Part shown: positions 9,048 to 19,426 of the stretch, piece after piece | How positions within the stretch are numbered: the stretch's first letter is position 1 | Layout of the letters: every line of letters starts with the position of its first letter | DNA from: a virus | DNA length: 64,000 nucleotides | Strand: one strand, 5' to 3' | UHGV virus genome: UHGV-0037395 | Position numbers and translations under genes: made by a program | The notes under the pieces: generated by a model | Told to the model about the DNA's origin: nothing | The model's database searches: none | The model's input: the letters and a program-made list of their open reading frames with translations, nothing else

Positions 9048-10383
9048 ATGCAATTTTAGCTAATTGAACTGCTTTCTCAGGAGTCATGGTAATAGTTTTC
9101 CACCCGTTGTTACGATATACTGCCATACGTCCAGAAGCCTGTCTTAGTCCAGTGCCACCTTTCATAATTAGATCTACAACAATAGGGTCGAGTTTACCAT
9201 CGACAATACGTTGAACACGTCCTGCAAGCTGTTCAATGAGAGATTCATTATTAATGAGACTTCCCATTATTAAACAAGACAACTCATTAAGGGAAATACC
9301 TTCAGAGAAAATACTTTGAGCTGCTGCAAGTACACAAGGGCCACCTTTTGCTATATCTTCCTGAATTTTTAATCGGTCATCCAAGTGGGTTGCCCCTATA
9401 ATTTCATATGTTGTAACACCACGCTGTGCGAGAGCTTCTAGTATTGTTTGGATCAACTCTGTTCTGTCACTTACAATGAGTACTTTATGCCCCATATTCA
9501 CGTATAAATGTGCTAGATTTATAATAGTCTCCCGATATTCAGGATGATTATACACATCATTAGCACGTAATGCCCACGGTACGTTTTGGTTTCCTGATAG
9601 CTCAACAGGCACGGAGTACCTATGGATTGTAGGTGCAATAGTATTATTAACCGGTGGGCTAAAGATCTTATATCCAAAGAAATCTTTGAACATGACTTGT
9701 AGACCATCTTTCCGTTTTAATGTTCCAGATAGTCCAATCTTATAGCGAGCACATGATATTTCTAGGAAGTTAGTGAAAGTTGTAGCCACACAATGGTGAA
9801 CTTCATCAACTATAACAGTACCGAATACTTTAGAAAGATTATTCGCATGTTTATTCACTGTTTGAATATTACTGACCACAATTGGTGGATCAATATTGTA
9901 TTTCCCAGAACCTATGATACCCGGTTCAAACCCAAACCATTTACGAACTTCTGCCGCCCACATTTCACGAATAGATGTGTTGGTACAAATTACCAAAGTT
10001 TTCTGGCCAAATTTATACGCAAGTGCAAGGGCTAGGATAGTTTTACCAAATCCAGGCTTACCATTAATAATACAGGTATCATCACATTCTTCGTATATTG
10101 GAAGCTGATCTTCTTCACGCAGCTTGAACTTAGGTTTTGGTATATCTACCGGAGCTAATGTGCGTTTATCGACTAATTCGTATTTTACTCCTTTAGCATC
10201 TAATAAATCCAGACGCGTAATAGGAATCCACTTAATCTCTTTAGCAACAACACCACTATTCTTATACATAATAGGGTATTTACTAGTCATTGTCTCAATG
10301 TGATAAGTGGTTTGCTTACTACAATAATCCCAAAGTTCATCATCGGGCTTGAAATAGGCTTTATTAGATATAACAACCTTCAT
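9031..10383 (-). CDS. D10: SF2 DNA helicase (T5 D10-like branch-migration helicase)
   Basis: Walker A GKPGFGKT, DEVHH box, helicase C-terminal motifs. 450 aa. Confidence 0.85.
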   Translation of the reverse strand: MKVVISNKAYFKPDDELWDYCSKQTTYHIETMTSKYPIMYKNSGVVAKEIKWIPITRLDLLDAKGVKYELVDKRTLAPVDIPKPKFKLREEDQLPIYEECDDTCIINGKPGFGKTILALALAYKFGQKTLVICTNTSIREMWAAEVRKWFGFEPGIIGSGKYNIDPPIVVSNIQTVNKHANNLSKVFGTVIVDEVHHCVATTFTNFLEISCARYKIGLSGTLKRKDGLQVMFKDFFGYKIFSPPVNNTIAPTIHRYSVPVELSGNQNVPWALRANDVYNHPEYRETIINLAHLYVNMGHKVLIVSDRTELIQTILEALAQRGVTTYEIIGATHLDDRLKIQEDIAKGGPCVLAAAQSIFSEGISLNELSCLIMGSLINNESLIEQLAGRVQRIVDGKLDPIVVDLIMKGGTGLRQASGRMAVYRNNGWKTITMTPEKAVQLAKIAFGNSS

Positions 10384-10877
10384 AATTTTATTCTAAGTCT
10401 AGGAATTTCAGGCTCCTCTTGATGGACTTGATAAATAACAGGGCTATTATTTACCAGAATATAGCTTATATAAGCTGGAACATAGGATAATACAAATGGA
10501 TATGGAACTTTAGCTACATAGCATTGGTATTTTCCGTTATAAATTCTAGCTGAATGCAAAACTTTAGAGGTTACAACATCATAGAACGTAGTTTTCTTCC
10601 AGTTAATAAGATTTCCATCAGAATCTATAAATTGGCTACGCTTTGACCCAACTAATTGGGACAACATTGATATTCTACCTCTAATAGGGTAGAGCTTATA
10701 TGGTAATTCTTTCCGTTTCTCAAATAGAATAAGCCTACGTTGAGAAAAAGTGCCGGGCAACTTCCTGTTATCTAGCACATATTTATTATATCTTGTTGTA
10801 ATTACGGAATAATCACCTTCTTGCTCAATTGATACAAAAGCCCGTAAAGCATATACGGGCAATTTGAAATCAAGCAC
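10380..10877 (-). CDS. hypothetical protein between helicase and polymerase
   Basis: 165-aa ORF, translationally coupled on both sides. Confidence 0.5.
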   Translation of the reverse strand: MLDFKLPVYALRAFVSIEQEGDYSVITTRYNKYVLDNRKLPGTFSQRRLILFEKRKELPYKLYPIRGRISMLSQLVGSKRSQFIDSDGNLINWKKTTFYDVVTSKVLHSARIYNGKYQCYVAKVPYPFVLSYVPAYISYILVNNSPVIYQVHQEEPEIPRLRIKL

Positions 10878-13437
10878 CGAGAATCCTTCTCACGTTATCC
10901 AAATCTTTACATACAGCAATAAACTTATCATCCTTGTATTTGCTATGATCTGGATGCTCTTTATCCATTGCAGCTAGTTTCTTATACTCGAACTCTGCAT
11001 CAAGTAATACACCCTTGACATAACGAGTATATTCATCATCATCAATACAGGCGATTGATGGATGCTGCTTCTTCATCTTACCACAAGAGTAGTCACGAGA
11101 ACCTCCAGCCTCAGAATCAGAATCAATACCAATCGGACAGCCAGGAATACTGATACCACGGTCTTTCTGAATATTACGAATCAGGATTTCATTGTATTGG
11201 TCGATTAAATCCTCACGAACAATAGCAACTACGGAGTCATGAACCAGCATAACAATCTTCATCTCTTGTTCTAAGCCAAGAGAAATGATCTCATTATCTG
11301 CATCTACAGCACCTAAAAGGAGACTATCAGAAGAAGCAGACTGAATGATTGCGTTAAATCCAGAACGAATTTCTTCACCCTGAACACCACGGTCTTCGGA
11401 ATGAATATTATGCAGACGACGTTTACGACCAAAGTGACTATAGATAAATCCATGATTCTTGATCTGATCGTGGCACTTATCAATCCAACGCTTAAGCTGC
11501 GGGAACTGACCGAAGTACGTTTCAATGTACTCTTTAGCATCTGCAACAGTACACTCTACAAACGGTTCACCTGTCTTAGCAGCCTGTTCCAGAAGAGCTT
11601 CGTTAACAGAATGAGCTACTTTAGCTGGGCCAGAACCATACAGAATACCAAAGGTAATTGCTTTAGCTGCTTGACGCAGAGCTGGGAATAACTTTTTAAC
11701 ATCACGAGGTTCGCATTGGAGTTTAAATACCATGTGCGCGATGTTAGAGTGGAAGTCCGGGTACTTATCAGGTTCATTTCTCATGTTGATAAATACCTGT
11801 TGCATATTTCTATCACCAGATAGAACAGCAGCATAATAAACTTCCGCAGTTGTTAAGTCCCACGCGATTACACGATACCCCGGAGGAGCTACTACACAAC
11901 CCTTGATAATAGATTCATCACGAGGTAACTGCTGCAGGTTCAGTTTACCAGAAGAACTCAGACGACCAGAAGTAGTCATGTGTTCGTGGAAACCAGTACG
12001 AATGCAACCATCAGCATCAATGCTCAGAAGAATCTTCTCAACGTAAGTAGAGATCAGCTTAGTCAGCTTACGAATCTCTAGCAGAGTTTTAGCAATTGGA
12101 TGCTGCGTAGCCAGTTCGTTCAGAGCTTCTGCATCCGTAGAATCTGCTCCAGTATCTGTCAATTTACCTGTTGGAGTTAAGCCAACATAATCAAACAGAA
12201 GAACACGGAGTTGTTTAACAGAGTTTGGGTTAAACGCTTCGTTCTGATCTTTCTCTAGCTGAACGACTTCTGGATAAGTATACAGTTTTTCACGAGCTTT
12301 ATTCAGATTATGGGTTAACTGGTACTGAGCTTCTTTTAAACGATCAATAGAAATAGGTACACCACGATCCTCAACACGCTGGAGAAATACACAACCAGGC
12401 ATTAGGACATCATAATACAGACTACAAAGTTTTTCATTCTTCTCAATTTTTGGTAAGAAGAAGTTGTGCAAACGTAGGGTGGCATCAGTATCTTTCGCAG
12501 CGTAAGGCCACATAATATCAAACGGAATTAAATCATAGGTGAAATCTTCTTTCTTGATTTTATGTGCTTTGCAGTAATCCTCCTTGAACTTATCTAGTTC
12601 AAAGTCATAGTCACCCATATCGGTATACTTCATTGCTAGAGATTTCAAGCCATGAGTACCACGACGTTCATCTAGAACATAATGCTGCAACATAGTATCA
12701 TGGAGCCTGCGTTCTTTATGCGCTTTATCAAAAGTAAGTCCCAGATGGTACTTATAAAAGTGCATATCAAACTTCAGGTTGTGAAAAACAATAGTGTGGT
12801 TTTCACTATCCAGAATTTTCTGGAGATAATATACTGCAACCTCTGTGAGACAATCAGAATCGATATATACACCCTGATACTCTTGGTGAGACATAGAAAC
12901 ACCAAGCAGATAACCATCTCGACAGTATAGTGCTGAGGTTTCGGAGTCGAATGCGACAGGTCCGATAACCATATTATACACCATCTTGATATACTCTTCT
13001 GCCTCATCAGGGTCAGTAATAGGACGGTAATCACCAGCTTTTGCAATCTTCTCACGACCATTGATAATATCGTGGATATTCTCTACTGTTGCATCGAAAA
13101 CTGGTTTCATTTCAGGTTTAAAGTGTAACTGGGCTGGGCTAATACTCGCAATCCAGTTAGCATATCCATTATACTCTACACGTTTACCGGTATAATCACC
13201 AATACCTTTCTTACCTGCAAAGTACAGGAAAGGTTCGGCACCTACCAGTATAACAAAATCATAATCATTCGGATCAAATGGGTTTTCTGGTGTTCCAATA
13301 GTAATGTGCTTTTTAAGCAAACGACCAGATAACTTCTCGTTACACATATGAAATACATCAACTTCCTCACCATATAGCTGGAAGTGTTTATCATAACGAG
13401 TGTTATTTAGAGCTTTATCAACTACTGCGATTTTCAA
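10870..13437 (-). CDS. D9: DNA polymerase, family A with 3'-5' exonuclease domain
   Basis: 855 aa, the length of T5 polymerase. Exo motifs (FDSET, YAAKD) and the family A polymerase motifs are present. Confidence 0.95.
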   Translation of the reverse strand: MKIAVVDKALNNTRYDKHFQLYGEEVDVFHMCNEKLSGRLLKKHITIGTPENPFDPNDYDFVILVGAEPFLYFAGKKGIGDYTGKRVEYNGYANWIASISPAQLHFKPEMKPVFDATVENIHDIINGREKIAKAGDYRPITDPDEAEEYIKMVYNMVIGPVAFDSETSALYCRDGYLLGVSMSHQEYQGVYIDSDCLTEVAVYYLQKILDSENHTIVFHNLKFDMHFYKYHLGLTFDKAHKERRLHDTMLQHYVLDERRGTHGLKSLAMKYTDMGDYDFELDKFKEDYCKAHKIKKEDFTYDLIPFDIMWPYAAKDTDATLRLHNFFLPKIEKNEKLCSLYYDVLMPGCVFLQRVEDRGVPISIDRLKEAQYQLTHNLNKAREKLYTYPEVVQLEKDQNEAFNPNSVKQLRVLLFDYVGLTPTGKLTDTGADSTDAEALNELATQHPIAKTLLEIRKLTKLISTYVEKILLSIDADGCIRTGFHEHMTTSGRLSSSGKLNLQQLPRDESIIKGCVVAPPGYRVIAWDLTTAEVYYAAVLSGDRNMQQVFINMRNEPDKYPDFHSNIAHMVFKLQCEPRDVKKLFPALRQAAKAITFGILYGSGPAKVAHSVNEALLEQAAKTGEPFVECTVADAKEYIETYFGQFPQLKRWIDKCHDQIKNHGFIYSHFGRKRRLHNIHSEDRGVQGEEIRSGFNAIIQSASSDSLLLGAVDADNEIISLGLEQEMKIVMLVHDSVVAIVREDLIDQYNEILIRNIQKDRGISIPGCPIGIDSDSEAGGSRDYSCGKMKKQHPSIACIDDDEYTRYVKGVLLDAEFEYKKLAAMDKEHPDHSKYKDDKFIAVCKDLDNVRRILGA

Positions 13438-13498
13438 ATTTAATCTCCTCTTGGTAAGTAAGTATAACTTCAGTGTTTCTTCTCTAACTTACCAATAT

Positions 13499-13528
13499 AT
13501 TATACCAAATCTTTAAGCGATTCAGCAA
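13499..13528 (-). promoter_or_regulatory. early promoter for the polymerase gene (TTGCTG / 18 / TATAAT) inside the primase 3' end
   Basis: Reverse complement tagTTGCTGaatcgcttaaagatttggTATAAT. Confidence 0.6.
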
Positions 13529-14390
13529 CTAAAATTTCAATACGTTTTGCTAACATATCAATTTCATCTTTGTTTAAATCACCCGGATCTTTGCCCTCGG
13601 GCAGAAGAAAGTTAGCAACTACAGGTGTTAAACGCGTTTTTGTACGAATTAACTTGGCCAATGCTTGTGCAGCTTTATTACCAGAAGCATCATTATCTAG
13701 TAAGATAACAACAACTTTAACACCAGCAATAATATAAGGGCTGAACTTATCTGCAATATTATCCGAAGTAAACTGATGTGTACCAAAGCAGCAAGAAGCA
13801 TAGTCTATACCATTATCCTCTAGGTTCAGCATATCAAAGATACCTTCAACTAGAATAAGAACTGGAGTATTATATCGTACAGGGAAAATCGGTGGTGAAA
13901 CTTGTTTTGGTTTTACTAAGTATTTAGGAGGGGCAGAACTGTTTATAGAACGACCCAAAAATAGGATATTGCGTCCAACAGCATCTGTGATTGGGAATAC
14001 AATTCTGCCTTCCCAGTCTGCTTGGTGTTGGAAAGCAAAATATTTCTTCAAGGTCTTAGAACTTATACCTCGGAAATCACCTTCGAAAAGGTAAGCAGAT
14101 TCAGGAATTGCAAGATTCGTAGATCCATTCCTAATCTCTGAAATCTTTTTACGTACCTGTGATAGTCTTGGGGACTGTCTGTACTGAGTCTCATTAAAAT
14201 AATGGTAAATGCTCGGTATACCTTTACCGAAGCCACAACTCAAGCAGTGCATAATACCTGTTTCAGGATCAATACGCAAACTTGGGTGTTTATCGTCATG
14301 ATCTGGATTGAGACAACAGATGAGGATGTCCCCACCTGTGTCTTTATATTCAATGCCTTTCAGATCAAGTAGTTCTGTTATTCTACTCAT
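13500..14390 (-). CDS. DnaG-type DNA primase (CHC2 zinc finger plus TOPRIM)
   Basis: CLNPDHDDKHPSLRI...HCLSCG zinc finger. TOPRIM motifs LVEGIFD and LLDNDASG. Confidence 0.85.
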   Translation of the reverse strand: MSRITELLDLKGIEYKDTGGDILICCLNPDHDDKHPSLRIDPETGIMHCLSCGFGKGIPSIYHYFNETQYRQSPRLSQVRKKISEIRNGSTNLAIPESAYLFEGDFRGISSKTLKKYFAFQHQADWEGRIVFPITDAVGRNILFLGRSINSSAPPKYLVKPKQVSPPIFPVRYNTPVLILVEGIFDMLNLEDNGIDYASCCFGTHQFTSDNIADKFSPYIIAGVKVVVILLDNDASGNKAAQALAKLIRTKTRLTPVVANFLLPEGKDPGDLNKDEIDMLAKRIEILVAESLKDLV

Positions 14391-15859
14391 ATATCGCTGG
14401 CCTGTTCACCTGTTGAATTTTCAGCTTTGTCTTTCTTAGCACGTTTAGGTTGAGCCGGCTTATCCTTCTCAATAGGGATAACGAACTCAGCTTCCATTTG
14501 AGATATATCTTCCATTGCTAGATTGGTAGTATTATCCATTCGCAGAGTTTCCCAGTTCATTTTAGGCATAAACTTCACACTATCAGAAGAACGAGTCTTA
14601 ACGAAGTCAAACATAATAGCACCTTGACCATTATCAGCTTTTGCAGCGTTAAGATTAGCAGCCATGTCTGCGGAATCAAGAATCCCCTTTGACATACGTG
14701 TTCTACCATCTTGATCGATCTGGTAAGGAGCTACGCCAGCCACGTTATGTTTCTGGCAGATGGATTTGAAAGACGAGCTAACAACCATCTGTTCTTTCCA
14801 GTCATACATATCAATGGTTTTAGAGTCTGGAAGTCGGGTTTGGTTAATATAGTCCAGTAAAGCTACTGTAACTTTATCACCATATCTAGCAACTAATTTA
14901 TTTAATTCTACGTCAACTGTTGTAATGGACAGTTCAGGGTCATAAACGATAATCATAGGAGTATGTAGTTCATACCCTTCTATTAGCTTACTCTCCATAT
15001 CGTAGAAATCACTCATCTTAGCCATTGTATACTGTTTAACGAAGTTATCGAAAAGCTCTTCACCACCGTTGAACATTCTAGCTCTAGTTCTGGCTAATCT
15101 CAATAGAGCTGCACCTTCTAGAGTATTATTACGCATTGCTAGTGCTGATACCCCGGCTAACATGGCTAGATTACGTCTAAATACTTCATGTTCTTTCATC
15201 TCAATTGAGAAGTATGGAGCAATATCTCCATTCAAATATTGCTGAACCTGTATGTTTGAACAGATAATGGATTTACCAGTACCACGCCAACCACCAAGCA
15301 GTAACGTTTCTGTGCGAGCTAAACCAATTTGAGCGTCGAACTCATTACAAATACCAAGAGCGATTAAGTTCAGTTTGGTATCTTCTTCTCTCTGGAAAAT
15401 ACGCATGTTATCTGCGTTGAATACTTTTCCAGTATTCGTTACTTTCTCTTCTAATTTTAAGTGAAGGGAGGCAACTCGGTTGAGAATTTCTCCCTGATCC
15501 AGCATTGTTAAATCTTGAAGCACGTCTGTTTCTAGAAGCTTCAGGAATAAATCCTGTGTATATTCAGCCTCTAGGACTTCAAGTGCCTGTTCCATGCTCA
15601 CTTCTGGAATTTGAGTGTTAGCTAAGACGACTAGAGCTTGAGAAAGGCGGGCGTTCCTATTAGCTTCAAGCATAAGTGCGTCAATGGACGGCATTGTGTT
15701 ATATTTTTTATAATAATTCTGGACGGCTTGGTAAATTGAGGAGAAAGCGTCATTAAAATGATCTTTATGCAGTTTTGAGAATGTTTCCAATGCTATTTGC
15801 TTCTGTTCGGAAGCTAGAAGCATCTTCAACACTACAGCTTGCACGTTAAACAAGGTCAT
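14387..15859 (-). CDS. DnaB-like replicative helicase / P-loop ATPase
   Basis: Walker A GGWRGTGKS, RecA-like fold signature. Start moved to the ATG preceded by AAGGAGA (15859). Confidence 0.7.
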   Translation of the reverse strand: MTLFNVQAVVLKMLLASEQKQIALETFSKLHKDHFNDAFSSIYQAVQNYYKKYNTMPSIDALMLEANRNARLSQALVVLANTQIPEVSMEQALEVLEAEYTQDLFLKLLETDVLQDLTMLDQGEILNRVASLHLKLEEKVTNTGKVFNADNMRIFQREEDTKLNLIALGICNEFDAQIGLARTETLLLGGWRGTGKSIICSNIQVQQYLNGDIAPYFSIEMKEHEVFRRNLAMLAGVSALAMRNNTLEGAALLRLARTRARMFNGGEELFDNFVKQYTMAKMSDFYDMESKLIEGYELHTPMIIVYDPELSITTVDVELNKLVARYGDKVTVALLDYINQTRLPDSKTIDMYDWKEQMVVSSSFKSICQKHNVAGVAPYQIDQDGRTRMSKGILDSADMAANLNAAKADNGQGAIMFDFVKTRSSDSVKFMPKMNWETLRMDNTTNLAMEDISQMEAEFVIPIEKDKPAQPKRAKKDKAENSTGEQASDI

Positions 15860-15892
15860 TCTCCTTTGCACGCTTTCGTGCCTTCTAAATGC

Positions 15893-15931
15893 AAAAAGGG
15901 GAAGGAGCATAGCCCCCTCCCCTTAGGTTTA
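15893..15931 (-). terminator. rho-independent terminator after the D5-like gene
   Basis: aggggagggggctatgctccttcccct hairpin followed by TTTTT on the minus strand. Confidence 0.7.
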
Positions 15932-15941
15932 ATTTACCAGA

Positions 15942-16709
15942 TTATTCAGCAGCCGCAGCTTTTGCATCCAGTTTAGCACGCTTAGCGGCACCATCATAGT
16001 CCTTAGCAACCAGACCACGACGAGACAGCATAGATTTAACACCGCGCTCAGACTTACCAGTTTTCTCAGCGATCTCGGCAACAGTCATGTTAACCAGATC
16101 CAGACCTTCTAACAGATCTTCACGAGTTTTAGCACTTGAAGTTTCCTGTACCGGCATAGCAGCGATACGACCTTCACGAAGCAAGCTCAGAGCTTTACCA
16201 CGGATCTGCTTGATATTACGACCGAAGTGAGCAGCGATAGCTTCAATAGTAGCACCAGCAACAACCTGATTAACAAAATCAGTTTCTTCATCCGGAGTGA
16301 AGGAACGAACAGCAGCAGCTTTTTCAGTTGGTTTAACAGAAGCGGTCATTTCCAGACTCAGGATCTTACCCTGTACCTGTTTAGCACCGAACTGACCACC
16401 AGCTACAGCAGCAGCGATTTCAGCATAGGTATACTGACCAGCATGAGCGTTCAGGAAATCAACCAGTTCAGCTTCCTGCTCAGGAGTCCACGGGGATTTC
16501 TGTACTTCGTTAGCTTTCTGTACTTCAAAACCTTCTTTACGCAGTTTAGAGCCAACAGAGCGAGCAGTAACATCTTTGCCAGTTTCAGCAGCCAGTTCAG
16601 CAGCAATAGCAGCTACTTGTTCTTGAGAGATTACAGAAACACCCAGAGCGGTGGCTTTTGCTTTCAGAGACTCGGTTACACCTTCTACGTTCCAGTTCAG
16701 TTTAGACAT
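15942..16709 (-). CDS. abundant early DNA-binding protein (T5 D5-like), built from four internal helix-turn-helix-like repeats
   Basis: 255 aa, Ala/Lys-rich. Four repeats of the pattern (A/T)hhEIAxxhG(K/R)xx(K/R)xVxxKhh(K/R). Position between helicase and ligase. Confidence 0.5.
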   Translation of the reverse strand: MSKLNWNVEGVTESLKAKATALGVSVISQEQVAAIAAELAAETGKDVTARSVGSKLRKEGFEVQKANEVQKSPWTPEQEAELVDFLNAHAGQYTYAEIAAAVAGGQFGAKQVQGKILSLEMTASVKPTEKAAAVRSFTPDEETDFVNQVVAGATIEAIAAHFGRNIKQIRGKALSLLREGRIAAMPVQETSSAKTREDLLEGLDLVNMTVAEIAEKTGKSERGVKSMLSRRGLVAKDYDGAAKRAKLDAKAAAAE

Positions 16710-17475
16710 TATTATTTTTCTCCAATAGTTCTTTAATCGACAGGATTTCTATCCCATTCGTTTCGGCTTTCTTATAAGATGAGGAAGAACGTTTTGATTC
16801 ATCCTCACAGATCAGGTATTTGACGTCTTTGGTAACGGATTTCTTAACCGTATATCCTAGACCTTCTAAATAGTTTGTTGCATCCGTTCTATTTGCAAAA
16901 TCTTGCAAAGATCCGGTAATACATACCGCGATTCCATTTGGCTGGGCAACTAAATCATCAGTAACGACGGTTTTAGTTTTAGCACCAGTTGAGAATTTCC
17001 ATGGTAATTCGATAACATCCTTGCCTTGTGGTGAATTTAGCCAGGCTTTATAATTTTCTCCAGCCTTGCCGTCAGCCTTCACATCGTGGAAGCTAGTGCA
17101 ATTTTGGGATAATTTCTTTGCTGCAACCTCTCCAATTAGAGGGATTCCTAAAGAACCGAGAACTGAACCAAAGTCAATGTCTCCGCGAACTTTAGTATTT
17201 AATTCGCTAATTAACTTAGCGGCAACCTTGCTACCCACGGCTCTAACCAAATCTTCTTCGGTTAGGTAAAATAGTTCTGAAATCTTCGTCAGCTCCAGCT
17301 TCTCAATAGTTTTCGGGCCAAAGCCCTTTAACTTCATTTTTGTACAGAAGTTCTCAATTAACTTACTTGATTGCGCTGGACAGTTGGACTTATTACGACA
17401 GAATAATTGTCCATTGACAAGATCTAGCTTAGAACCACAAGAGGGACATTGTGTTGGAATTTCGATTTTCATCAA
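16702..17475 (-). CDS. lig: NAD-dependent DNA ligase, C-terminal subunit (Zn finger, HhH, BRCT)
   Basis: CPSCGSKLDL...C..C zinc finger, helix-hairpin-helix and BRCT-like C-terminus. Pairs with the upstream adenylation-domain ORF. Confidence 0.85.
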   Translation of the reverse strand: MMKIEIPTQCPSCGSKLDLVNGQLFCRNKSNCPAQSSKLIENFCTKMKLKGFGPKTIEKLELTKISELFYLTEEDLVRAVGSKVAAKLISELNTKVRGDIDFGSVLGSLGIPLIGEVAAKKLSQNCTSFHDVKADGKAGENYKAWLNSPQGKDVIELPWKFSTGAKTKTVVTDDLVAQPNGIAVCITGSLQDFANRTDATNYLEGLGYTVKKSVTKDVKYLICEDESKRSSSSYKKAETNGIEILSIKELLEKNNNV

Positions 17476-17502
17476 ATTTCTTCCTTATCAATTTATATAA
17501 AT

Positions 17503-17531
17503 ATTATAGCAAGTATTTAAGCATTTAGCAA
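17503..17531 (-). promoter_or_regulatory. early promoter in the gap between the two ligase ORFs (TTGCTA / 17 / TATAAT)
   Basis: Reverse complement gtagTTGCTAaatgcttaaatacttgcTATAATatttatataaattgataaggaag. Confidence 0.75.
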
Positions 17532-17674
17532 CTACAATTTTAACTAACTTTGCTTACCCTCGCCATAACTTTCTATCCCTCAACTGAATGATAATAGTAT
17601 ATACCTAAGCGGCGAAAATGTCAATAACCACTTTATAATTCCTATATGGTAGATGGGTAGCAAAGGGTTATGTA

Positions 17675-18646
17675 TTAATCGTATACTCGCTCTACTATGC
17701 ACGGGATTACACCACCAGCACGAATCACTCGAATCTGGCAACCGATCTCTAGATCAAGAGAGTTAATATAATCAACGTTATTAAGAGTCGCTTTAACAAT
17801 TGTAGCATCATCAATAATTACCGGTTCGAAATAACCAACTGGAGTTACTTTACCAGAAGCCCCTACCTGCCATTCAACTTTAGTAAGAGTTGTAATCTCG
17901 CCTTCTTCATCCTCTTTAATAGCGAACGCTCCACGAGGGAATTTATTAGTCCAGCCTTCACGGAAGAATTTGTTGTTATCATTAATACGAACAACTTTAC
18001 CGTCCGTTGGAATCCATTTAAAGAAGGAACGCACATTAACAACTGTTAAGAAGTTCTCATTCTCCAGCCAAAGCATATCTTTTAAATATGCTTCTGTAAT
18101 ACCTACAGATTCAGCAGAACACTGGATACCATATGCAACGAAGATTAAACCACCTTCTCCGATACGTTGTACAAAATCATCACTATCTTTGAGGTTAATA
18201 GCACCAGAGGCAAAGTTACGTTTATTTTCTACTTCTTTTGTAATTAGAACTTCACCAGTGATTTGAGTAGGTACTTTTTGGGAAATCTTTTTAGGGATAT
18301 TCAGCAATCTTACGTTGCTTGTGACATCATTCCCTAGAATACCATTACCACGAGTTAGTGCTTGAACAAATTCGCCATTAATATATAACAGAGAAATTGC
18401 ACAACCATCTAACTTATCGGTTTCCACCTGGCCTAATGGGTTAAATGGAGGTTTATCTCCACGATTATAATAAACTTTCTGTAAAGAATACATACGATAC
18501 AGATGTGGAATATCACCCTTAGGCCCGATCTCTTCTTCTAATGGAAATCTTTTAATCAGACGATCATATTCTTCGTCAGAGATTAAAGACATACCTTGAT
18601 AATATGCTTCTTGACAGCGTTTAATAAAGTCTTTTACATTGGTCAT
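17675..18646 (-). CDS. lig: NAD-dependent DNA ligase, N-terminal subunit (adenylation plus OB fold)
   Basis: KxDG adenylation motif (ETDKLDGCAISLLY) and other LigA adenylation-domain motifs. Confidence 0.85.
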   Translation of the reverse strand: MTNVKDFIKRCQEAYYQGMSLISDEEYDRLIKRFPLEEEIGPKGDIPHLYRMYSLQKVYYNRGDKPPFNPLGQVETDKLDGCAISLLYINGEFVQALTRGNGILGNDVTSNVRLLNIPKKISQKVPTQITGEVLITKEVENKRNFASGAINLKDSDDFVQRIGEGGLIFVAYGIQCSAESVGITEAYLKDMLWLENENFLTVVNVRSFFKWIPTDGKVVRINDNNKFFREGWTNKFPRGAFAIKEDEEGEITTLTKVEWQVGASGKVTPVGYFEPVIIDDATIVKATLNNVDYINSLDLEIGCQIRVIRAGGVIPCIVERVYD

Positions 18647-18677
18647 TTATTTATATCTCTCATCAATTTATATAAAT

Positions 18678-18706
18678 ATTATATAATAATACTGAGTTGA
18701 AAGCAA
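18678..18706 (-). promoter_or_regulatory. early promoter for the ligase N-terminal ORF (TTGCTT / 17 / TATAAT)
   Basis: Reverse complement tatTTGCTTtcaactcagtattattaTATAATatttatataaattgatgagag. Confidence 0.75.
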
Positions 18707-18733
18707 ATACATTTATAAAGAAAAAGCCAAGAA

Positions 18734-19042
18734 CTAGGCATTCTTGGCTTTGAGTTCTTCAGCTCGTTTCTGTACTTCATGTAAAACCTCAGATTCGCTA
18801 AGAATCTGTGTAAACGCATAGAAAAGCTGTGATGTTGTTTCTAGGGTGTAAGGAAAAGAGAAGCCAGATTTCGTTGGAAACCATTCATCATTAATATCAA
18901 GAAGCCAGTAACGAATACCCATGTATAGATTCCCACGAAATTCAGATACTGTTAATCTTACTTGTTCTCCCTCCTTCTCCCAAAGTATGATGGACTGGTC
19001 ATCAACGTGTCCTTCATAGTTTTGATTTACCTGTTCGCTCAT
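18734..19042 (-). CDS. hypothetical protein
   Basis: 102-aa ORF with terminator hairpin at its 3' end. Confidence 0.45.
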   Translation of the reverse strand: MSEQVNQNYEGHVDDQSIILWEKEGEQVRLTVSEFRGNLYMGIRYWLLDINDEWFPTKSGFSFPYTLETTSQLFYAFTQILSESEVLHEVQKRAEELKAKNA

Positions 19043-19049
19043 TTACATA

Positions 19050-19088
19050 TCCCAAATACACAAAAAGCCCCATATAGGGGCTAATTGG
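19050..19088 (-). terminator. rho-independent terminator
   Basis: agcccctatatggggc hairpin plus TTTTT on the minus strand. Confidence 0.65.
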
Positions 19089-19092
19089 TTTC

Positions 19093-19389
19093 TTATCGGC
19101 CTACTGGAGAAGCACGATCTAACTCTGATTGGAGGCTAGTCACACGGCGGACTTTCTCGACAGGAATAAAACGGAAGCTATCATTAGTACGAGAGAAGAC
19201 AAGGATCTCATCATCTTTCGCTTTACGAATACGTTCACGTTTAATACGCTCAGCTAGATATTTATCTTGGGCTGGATCAAATTCCATCGTACCCTGAAGG
19301 TACGTGGTTCCTTTCTGACGAAGTTTCTCGTAATGAAGATAAAACTCACCAAATTTTTCACATTGTGCGATAATTTCAGCTTTGGTCAT
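19093..19389 (-). CDS. hypothetical protein
   Basis: 98-aa ORF. Confidence 0.45.
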   Translation of the reverse strand: MTKAEIIAQCEKFGEFYLHYEKLRQKGTTYLQGTMEFDPAQDKYLAERIKRERIRKAKDDEILVFSRTNDSFRFIPVEKVRRVTSLQSELDRASPVGR

Positions 19390-19426
19390 AACTGTAGTTC
19401 CTTTTGTTGGTGGATTTATCTAAAAA

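Noticed and set aside
16227-16736. 169-aa plus-strand ORF opposite the D5-like DNA-binding gene.
   Set aside because: Ser/Phe-rich antisense translation of an Ala/Lys/Glu-rich gene, with no expression signals.
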